From Eledone cirrhosa (Eukaryota), in NCBI GenBank assembly GCA_964016885.1, contig OZ024740.1, forward strand, positions 20,894,001 to 20,958,000: 64,000 nucleotides of DNA, written 5' to 3'. A program made the translations under genes and the position numbers. How positions within the stretch are numbered: position 1 is the first letter of the stretch; each line of letters starts with the position of its first letter. The notes under the pieces are model-generated. The model saw only the letters and a list, made by a program, of their open reading frames with translations, did not search any database and was not told where the DNA came from. Shown piece by piece: positions 53,101-64,000 of the stretch.

Positions 53101-56100
53101 GTGATATTATCAGACAGTATATCTTGGACTACATTAGACGATGTAGCATTCGTTCTTTCAATGTGATATTATCAGACAGTATATCTTGGACTACATTAGA
53201 CAATATACCATTCCTTCTTTCAATGTGATATTATCAGACAGTATATCTTGGACTACATTAAACAATGTACCATTCCTTCTTTCAATGTTATATTATCAGA
53301 CAGTATAACTTGGACTACATTAGACGATGTACCATTCCTTCTTTCAATGTCATATTATCAGACAGTATATCTAGCACTACATTAGACAATGTACCATTCC
53401 TTCTTTCAAGGTGATATTATCAGACAGTATATCTTGGACTACATTAGACGATGTAGCATTCCTTTTTCAATGTGATATTATCAGACAGTATATCTTGGAC
53501 TACATTAGACAATATACCATTCCTTCTTTCAACGTGATATTATCAGACAGTATATCTTGGACTACATTAGACAATGTACCATTCCTTCTTTCAATGTGAT
53601 ATTATCAGACAGTATATCTTGGACTACATTAGACAATATACCATTCCTTCTTTCAATGTGATATTATCAGACAGTATATCTTGGACTACATTAGTCAATG
53701 TACCATTTCTTCTTTCAAGGTGATATTATCAGACAGTATATCTTGGACTACATTAGACGATGTACCATTGCTTCTTTCAAGGTGATATTATCAGACAGTA
53801 TAACTTCGACTACATTAGACAATGTACCATTCCTTCTTTCAAGGTGATATTATCAGACAGTATATCTTGCACTACATTAGACGATATAACATTCCTTCTT
53901 TCAATGTCATATTATCAGACAGTATATCTTGGACTACATTAGACAATGTACCATTCCTTCTTTCAATGTGATATTATCAGACAGTATATCTTGGACTGCA
54001 TTAGACAATGTACCATTCCTTCTTTCAATTTGATATTATCAGACAGTATAGCTTGGACTACATTAGACAATGTACCATTCCTTCTTTCAATGTGATATTA
54101 TCAGACAGTATATCTTGGACTACATTAGACGATGTACCATTCCTTGTTTCAATGTCATATTATCAGACAGTATATCTTGGACTACATTAGACAATGTACC
54201 ATTTCTTCTTTCAATGTGATATTATCAGACAGTATATCTTGGACTACATTAGAAAATATACCATTCCTTCTTTCAAGATGATATCATCAGACAGTATATC
54301 TTGAACTACATTAGACAATGTACCATTCCTTCATTTAATGGGATATTATCAGACAGTATATCTTGGACTACATTAGACAATATACCATTCCTTGTTTCAA
54401 TGTGATATTATCAGACAGTATATCTTGGACTACATTAGACAATGTACCATTCCTTCTTTCAAGGTGATATTATCAGACAGTATATCTTGGACTACATTAG
54501 ACAATATACCATTCCTTGTTTCAATGTGATATTAACAGACAGTATATCTTGGACTACATTAGACAATGTACCATTCCTTCTTTCAAGGAGATATTATCAG
54601 ACAGTATATCTTCGACTACATTAGACAATGTACCATTCCTTCTTTCAATTTGATATTATCAGACAGTATATCTTGGACTACATTAGACAATGTACCATTC
54701 CTTCTTTCAAGGTGATATTATCAGACAGTATATCTTGGACTACATTAGACAATGTACCATTCCTACTTTCTATGTGATATTATCAGACAGTATATCTTGG
54801 ACTACATTAGACAATGTACCATTTATTCTTTCAATGTGATATTATCAGACAGTATATCTTGGGCTACATTAGACAATATACCAGTCCTTGTTTCAACGTG
54901 ATATTATCAGACAGTATATCCTGGACTACAATAGACAATGTACCATTTCTTCTTTCAATGTGATATTATCAGACAGTATATCTTGGACTACATTAGACAA
55001 TGTACCATTCATTCTTTCAATGTCATATTATCAGACAGTATATCTTGGACTACATTAGACAATATACCATTCCTTCTTTCAATGTGATATTATCAGACAG
55101 TATATCTTGGACTACATTAGACAATATACCATTCCTTCTTTCAATGTGATATTATCAGACAGTATATCTTGGACTACATTAGACAATGTACCATTTCTTC
55201 TTTCAAGGTGATATTATCAGACAGTGTATCTTGGACTACATTAGACGATGTACCATTCCTTCTTTCAAGGTGATATTATCAGACAGTATAACTTCGACTA
55301 CATTAGACAATGTACCATTCCTTCTTTCAAGGTGATATTATCAGACAATATATCTTGGACTACATTAGACAATATACCATTCCTTCTTTCAAGGTGATAT
55401 AATCAGACAGTATATCTTGGACTACATTAGACAATGTACCATTCCTTCTTTCATGGTGATATTATCAGACAGTATATCTTGGACTACATTACACCATGTA
55501 CCATTCCTTCTTTCAATGTGATATTAACAGACAGTATATCTTGGACTACATTAGATGATGTACCATTCCTTCTTTCAATGTGATATTATCAGACAGTATA
55601 ACTTGGACTACATTAGAGAATGTACCATTCCTTGTTTCTATGTGATATTATCAGACAGTATATCTTGGACTACATTAAACAATGTACCATTCCTTCTTTC
55701 AATGTTATATTATCAGACAGTATAACTTGGACTACATTAGACGATGTACCAGTCCTTCTTTCAATGTCATATTATCAGACAGTATAACTTGGACTACATT
55801 AGACAATGTACCATTCCTTCATTCAAGGTGATATTATCAGACAGTATATCTTGGACTACATTAGACGATGTACCATTCCTTCTTTCAATGTCATATTATC
55901 AGACAGTATATCTTGGACTACATTAGACAATATACCATTCCTTCTTTCAATGTGATATTATCAGACAGCATATCTTGGACTACATTAGACAATGTACCAT
56001 TCCTTCTTTCAAGGTGATATTATCAGACAGTATATCTTGGACTACATTAGACGATGTACCATTCCTTCTTTCAATGTGATATCATCAGACAGTATATCTT

Positions 56101-59100
56101 GCACTACATTAGACAATGTACCATTCCTTCTTTCAATGGGATATTATCAGACAGTATATCTTGGACTACACTAGACAATATACCATTCCTTGTTTAAATG
56201 TGATATTATCAGACAGTATATCTTGGACTACATTAGACAATGCACCATTCCTTCTTTCAAGGTGATATTATCAGACAGTATATCTAGCACTACATTAGAC
56301 GATATAACATTCCTTCTTTCAATGTCATATTATCAGACAGTATATCTTGGACTACATTAGACAATGTACCATTCCTTCTTTCAATGTGATATTATCAGAC
56401 AGTATATCTTGGACTGCATTAGACAATGTACCATTCCTTCTTTCAATTTGATATTATCAGACAGTATAGCTTGGACTACATTAGACAATGTACCATTCCT
56501 TCTTTCAATGTGATATTATCAGACAGTATATCTTGGACTACAGTAGACAATATACCATTCCTTGTTTCAATGTCATATTATCAGACAGTATATCTTGGAC
56601 TACATTAGACAATGTACCATTTCTTCTTTCAATGTGATATTATCAGACAGTATATCTTGGACTACATTAGAAAATATACCATTCCTTCTTTCAAGATGAT
56701 ATCATCAGACAGTATATCTTGAACTACATTAGACAATGTACCATTCCTTCATTTAATGGGATATTATCAGACAGTATATCTTGGACTACATTAGACAATA
56801 TACCATTCCTTGTTTCAATGTGATATTATCAGACAGTATATCTTGGACTACATTAGACAATGTACCATTCCTTCTTTCAAGGTGATATTATCAGACAGTA
56901 TATCTTGGACTACATTAGACAATATACCATTCCTTGTTTCAATGTGATATTAACAGACAGTATATCTTGGACTACATTAGACAATGTACCATTCCTACTT
57001 TCAATGTGATATTATCAGACAGTATATCTTGGACTACATTAGACAATGTACCATTTCTTCTTTCAATGTGATATTATCAGACAGTATATCTTGGACTACA
57101 TTAGAAAATATACCATTCCTTCTTTCAAGATGATATCATCAGACAGTATATCTTGAACTACATTAGACAATGTACCATTCCTTCATTTAATGGGATATTA
57201 TCAGACAGTATATCTTGGACTACATTAGACAATATACCATTCCTTGTTTCAATGTGATATTATCAGACAGTATATCTTGGACTACATTAGACAATGTACC
57301 ATTCCTTCTTTCAAGGTGATATTATCAGACAGTATATCTTGGACTACATTAGACAATATACCATTCCTTGTTTCAATGTGATATTAACAGACAGTATATC
57401 TTGGACTACATTAGACAATGTACCATTCCTACTTTCAATGTGATATTATCAGACAGTATATCTTGGACTACATTAGACAATGTACCATTCCTTCATTTAA
57501 TGGGATATTATCAGACAGTATATCTTGGACTACATTAGACAATATACCATTCCTTGTTTCAATGTGATATTATCAGACAGTATATCTTCGACTACATTAG
57601 ACAATGTACCATTCCTTCTTTCAATTTGATATTATCAGACAGTATATCTTGGACTACATTAGACAATGTACCATTCCTTCTTTCAAGGTGATATTATCAG
57701 ACAGTATATCTTGGACTACATTAGACAATGTACCATTCCTACTTTCAATGTGATATTATCAGACAGTATATCTTGGACTACATTAGACAATGTACCATTT
57801 ATTCTTTCAATGTGATATTATCAGACAGTATATCTTGGGCTACATTAGACAATATACCAGTCCTTGTTTCAACGTGATATTATCAGACAGTATATCCTGG
57901 ACTACAATAGACAATGTACCATTTCTTCTTTCAATGTGATATTATCAGACAGTATATCTTGGACTACATTAGACAATGTACCATTCATTCTTTCAATGTC
58001 ATATTATCAGACAGTATATCTTGGACTACATTAGACAATATACCATTCCTTCTTTCAATGTGATATTATCAGACAGTATATCTTGGACTACATTAGACAA
58101 TATACCATTCCTTCTTTCAATGTGATATTATCAGACAGTATATCTTGGACTACATTAGACAATGTACCATTTCTTCTTTCAAGGTGATATTATCAGACAG
58201 TATATCTTGGACTACATTAGACGATGTACCATTCCTTCTTTCAAGGTGATATTATCAGACAGTATAACTTCGACTACATTAGACAATGTACCATTCCTTC
58301 TTTCAAGGTGATATTATCAGACAATATATCTTGGACTACATTAGACAATATACCATTCCTTCTTTCAAGGTGATATAATCAGACAGTATATCTTGGACTA
58401 CATTAGACAATGTACCATTCCTTCTTTCATGGTGATATTATCAGACAGTATATCTTGGACTACATTACACCATGTACCATTCCTTCTTTCAATGTGATAT
58501 TAACAGACAGTATATCTTGGACTACATTAGATGATGTACCATTCCTTCTTTCAATGTGATATTATCAGACAGTATAACTTGGACTACATTAGAGAATGTA
58601 CCATTCCTTGTTTCTATGTGATATTATCAGACAGTATATCTTGGACTACATTAAACAATGTACCATTCCTTCTTTCAATGTTATATTATCAGACAGTATA
58701 ACTTGGACTACATTAGACGATGTACCAGTCCTTCTTTCAATGTCATATTATCAGACAGTATAACTTGGACTACATTAGACAATGTACCATTCCTTCATTC
58801 AAGGTGATATTATCAGACAGTATATCTTGGACTACATTAGACGATGTACCATTCCTTCTTTCAATGTCATATTATCAGACAGTATATCTTGGACTACATT
58901 AGACAATATACCATTCCTTCTTTCAATGTGATATTATCAGACAGCATATCTTGGACTACATTAGACAATGTACCATTCCTTCTTTCAAGGTGATATTATC
59001 AGACAGTATATCTTGGACTACATTAGACGATGTACCATTCCTTCTTTCAATGTGATATCATCAGACAGTATATCTTGCACTACATTAGACAATGTACCAT

Positions 59101-62100
59101 TCCTTCTTTCAATGGGATATTATCAGACAGTATATCTTGGACTACACTAGACAATATACCATTCCTTGTTTAAATGTGATATTATCAGACAGTATATCTT
59201 GGACTACATTAGACAATGCACCATTCCTTCTTTCAAGGTGATATTATCAGACAGTATATCTAGCACTACATTAGACAATGTACCATTCCTTCTTTCAAGG
59301 TGATATTATCAGACAGTATATCTTGGACTACATTAGACAATATACCATTCCTTCTTTCAACGTGATATTATCAGACAGTATATCTTGGACTACATTAGAC
59401 AATGTACCATTCCTTCTTTCAATGTGATATTATCAGACAGTATATCTTGGACTACATTAGACAATATACCATTCCTTCTTTCAATGTGATATTATCAGAC
59501 AGTATATCTTGGACTACATTAGACAATATACCATTCCTTCTTTCAATGTGATATTATCAGACAGTATATCTTGGACTACATTAGACGATGTACCATTCCT
59601 TCTTTCAAGGTGATATTATCAGACAGTATAACTTCGACTACATTAGACAATGTACCATTCCTTCTTTCAAGGTGATATTATCAGACAGTATATCTTGGAC
59701 TACATTAGACGATATAACATTCCTTCTTTCAATGTCATATTATCAGACAGTATATCTTGGACTACAGTAGACAATATACCATTTCTTGTTTCAATGTCAT
59801 ATTATCAGACAGTATATCTTGGACTACATTAGACAATGTACCATTTCTTCTTTCAATGTGATATTATCAGACAGTATATCCTGGACTACATTAGAAAAAA
59901 TACCATTCCTTCTTTCAAGATGATATCATCAGACAGTATATCTTGAACTACATTAGACAATGTACCATTCCTTCATTTAATGGGATATTATCAGACAGTA
60001 TATCTTGGACTACATTAGACAATATACCATTCCTTGTTTCAATGTGATATTATCAGACAGTATATCTTGGACTACATTAGACAATGTACCATTCCTTCTT
60101 TCAATGTGATATTATCAGACAGTATAACTTGGACTACATTAGAGAATGTACCATTCCTTGTTTCTATGTGATATTATCAGACAGTATATCTTGGACTACA
60201 TTAAACAATGTACCATTCCTTCTTTCAATGTTATATTATCAGACAGTATAACTTGGACTACATTAGACGATGTACCATTCCTTCTTTCAATGTCATATTA
60301 TCAGACAGTATATCTTGGACTACATTAGACAATATACCATTCCTTCTTTCAATGTGATATTATCAGACAGCATATCTTGGACTACATTAGACAATGTACC
60401 ATTCCTTCTTTCAAGGTGATATTATCAGACAGTATATCTTGGACTACATTAGACGATGTACCATTCCTTCTTTCAATGTGATATCATCAGACAGTATATC
60501 TTGCACTACATTAGACAATGTACCATTCCTTCTTTCAATGGGATATTATCAGACAGTATATCTTGGACTACACTAGACAATATACCATTCCTTGTTTAAA
60601 TGTGATATTATCAGACAGTATATCTTGGACTACATTAGACAATGCACCATTCCTTCTTTCAAGGTGATATTATCAGACAGTATATCTAGCACTACATTAG
60701 ACAATGTACCATTCCTTCTTTCAAGGTGATATTATCAGACAGTATATCTTGGACTACATTAGACGATGTAGCATTCCTTCTTTCAATGTGATATTATCAG
60801 ACAGTATATCTTGGACTACATTAGACAATATACCATTCCTTCTTTCAACGTGATATTATCAGACAGTATATCTTGGACTACATTAGACAATGTACCATTC
60901 CTTCTTTCAATGTGATATTATCAGACAGTATATCTTGGACTACATTAGACAATATACCATTCCTTCTTTCAATGTGATATTATCAGACAGTATATCTTGG
61001 ACTACATTAGTCAATGTACCATTTCTTCTTTCAAGGTGATATTATCAGACAGTATATCTTGGACTACATTAGACGATGTACCATTCCTTCTTTCAAGGTG
61101 ATATTATCAGACAGTATAACTTCGACTACATTAGACAATGTACCATTCCTTCTTTCAATGTGATATTATCAGACAGTATATCTTGGACTACAGTAGACAA
61201 TATACCATTTCTTGTTTCAATGTCATATTATCAGACAGTATATCTTGGACTACATTAGACGATATAACATTCCTTCTTTCAATGTGATATTATCAGACAG
61301 TATATCTTGGACTGCATTAGACAATGTACCATTCCTTCTTTCAATTTGATATTATCAGACAGTATAGCTTGGACTACATTAGACAATGTACCATTCCTTC
61401 TTTCAATGTGATATTATCAGACAGTATATCTTGGACTACAGTAGACAATATACCATTTCTTGTTTCAATGTCATATTATCAGACAGTATATCTTGGACTA
61501 CATTAGACAATGTACCATTTCTTCTTTCAATGTGATATTATCAGACAGTATATCTTGGACTACATTAGAAAATATACCATTCCTTCTTTCAAGATGATAT
61601 CATCAGACAGTATATCTTGAACTACATTAGACAATGTACCATTCCTTCATTTAATGGGATATTATCAGACAGTATATCTTGGACTACATTAGACAATATA
61701 CCATTCCTTGTTTCAATGTGATATTATCAGACAGTATATCTTGGACTACATTAGACAATGTACCATTCCTTCTTTCAAGGTGATATTATCAGACAGTATA
61801 TCTTGGACTACATTAGACAATATACCATTCCTTGTTTCAATGTGATATTAACAGACAGTATATCTTGGACTACATTAGACAATGTACCATTCCTTCTTTC
61901 AAGGAGATATTATCAGACAGTATATCTTCGACTACATTAGACAATGTACCATTCCTTCTTTCAATTTGATATTATCAGACAGTATATCTTGGACTACATT
62001 AGACAATGTACCATTCCTTCTTTCAAGGTGATATTATCAGACAGTATATCTTGGACTACATTAGACAATGTACCATTCCTACTTTCAATGTGATATTATC

Positions 62101-64000
62101 AGACAGTATATCTTGGACTACATTAGACAATGTACCATTTATTCTTTCAATGTGATATTATCAGACAGTATATCTTGGGCTACATTAGACAATATACCAG
62201 TCCTTGTTTCAACGTGATATTATCAGACAGTATATCCTGGACTACAATAGACAATGTACCATTTCTTCTTTCAATGTGATATCATCAGACAGTATATCAT
62301 GGACTACATTAGACAATGTACCATTCCTTCTTTCAATGTGATATTATCATACAATATCTTGGACTACATTAAACAATGTAACATTCCTTCTTTCAATGTG
62401 ATATTATCAGACAGTATAACTTGGACTACATTAGACAATATACCTTTCCTTCTTTCAATGTGATATTATCTGACAGTATATCTTGGACTACATTAGACAA
62501 TGTACCATTCATTCTTTCAATGTCATATTATCAGACAGTATATCTTGGACTACATTAGACAATATACCATTCCTTCTTTCAATGTGATATTATCAGACAG
62601 TATATCTTGGACTACATTAGACAATTTACCATTCCTTCTTTCAATGTGATATTATCAGACAGTATATCTTGGACTACATTAGACAATATACCATTCCTTC
62701 TTTCAATGTGATATTATCAGACAGTATATCTTGGACTACATTAGACAATGTACCATTTCTTCTTTCAAGGTGATATTATCAGACAGTATATCTTGGACTA
62801 CATTAGACGATGTACCATTCCTTCTTTCAAGGTGATATTATCAGACAGTATAACTTCGACTACATTAGACAATGTACCATTCCTTCTTTCAAGGTGATAT
62901 TATCAGACAATATATCTTGGACTACATTAGACAATATACCATTCCTTCTTTCAAGGTGATATAATCAGACAGTATATCTTGGACTACATTAGACAATGTA
63001 CCATTCCTTCTTTCATGGTGATATTATCAGACAGTATATCTTGGACTACATTACACCATGTACCATTCCTTCTTTCAATGTGATATTAACAGACAGTATA
63101 TCTTGGACTACATTAGATGATGTACCATTCCTTCTTTCAATGTGATATTATCAGACAGTATAACTTGGACTACATTAGAGAATGTACCATTCCTTGTTTC
63201 TATGTGATATTATCAGACAGTATATCTTGGACTACATTAAACAATGTACCATTCCTTCTTTCAATGTTATATTATCAGACAGTATAACTTGGACTACATT
63301 AGACGATGTACCAGTCCTTCTTTCAATGTCATATTATCAGACAGTATAACTTGGACTACATTAGACAATGTACCATTCCTTCTTTCAAGGTGATATTATC
63401 AGACAGTATATCTTGGACTACATTAGACGATGTACCATTCCTTCTTTCAATGTCATATTATCAGACAGTATATCTTGGACTACATTAGACAATATACCAT
63501 TCCTTCTTTCAATGTGATATTATCAGACAGCATATCTTGGACTACATTAGACAATGTACCATTCCTTCTTTCAAGGTGATATTATCAGACAGTATATCTT
63601 GGACTACATTAGACGATGTACCATTCCTTCTTTCAATGTGATATCATCATACAGTATATCTTGCACTACATTAGACAATGTACCATTCCTTCTTTCAATG
63701 GGATATTATCAGACAGTATATCTTGGACTACACTAGACAATATACCATTCCTTGTTTAAATGTGATATTATCAGACAGTATATCTTGGACTACATTAGAC
63801 AATGCACCATTCCTTCTTTCAAGGTGATATTATCAGACAGTATATCTTGGATTACATTAGCCAATGTACCATTCCTTCTTTCAAGGTGATATTATCAGAC
63901 AGTATATCTTGGATTACATTAGACAATGTACCATTCCTTCTTTCAAGGTGATATTATCAGATAGTATATCTTGGACTACATTAGACAATGTACCATTCCT
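38176..64000. repeat. 62-bp satellite array (>410 monomers, runs off the window)
   Basis: Consensus CAGACAGTATATCTTGGACTACATTAGACAATGTACCATTCCTTCTTTCAATGTGATATTAT, uninterrupted; rare 61-bp monomers. Confidence 0.98.

Noticed and set aside
38515-63736. Repeated ~60-aa ORFs, or a CRISPR-like array
   Set aside because: The ORFs are three-monomer read-throughs of the 62-bp repeat. There are no unique spacers and no cas genes, and the context is eukaryotic.
38176-64000. Hammerhead-like CUGAU(A/G)A-UAUCACAUU-GAAA on the satellite's minus strand, as in newt, cricket and schistosome satellites
   Set aside because: Most monomers have CUGAUAA, stem II has at most 2 bp, and stems I and III cannot be formed convincingly; probably coincidental.

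Overview
Eukaryotic, very AT- and microsatellite-rich genomic DNA. The repeat families are typical of a coleoid cephalopod, probably Octopus (inference). The whole window lies inside one + strand multi-exon gene for an oxalate:formate-antiporter-like (OFA/MFS) transporter. Five phase-compatible coding exons are visible: 5965-6107, 7926-8049, 22029-22921, 33960-34086 and 37440-37562. The introns contain a decayed Penelope-like element (RT + GIY-YIG), a near-intact R4/Dong-type RLE retrotransposon, several RTE LINE pieces and bipartite non-autonomous RTE derivatives, tRNA-SINEs, an internally deleted mariner, and mini/microsatellites. From about 38176 to the end there is a >25.8 kb 62-bp satellite with higher-order structure, apparently amplified from part of a dispersed repeat. 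The most notable signal is about ten unrelated type-I hammerhead-ribozyme motifs, several structurally complete. Most sit in short Penelope-pLTR/retrozyme-like units arranged as fold-back inverted repeats at (TA)n tracts. All structure calls were made by eye.
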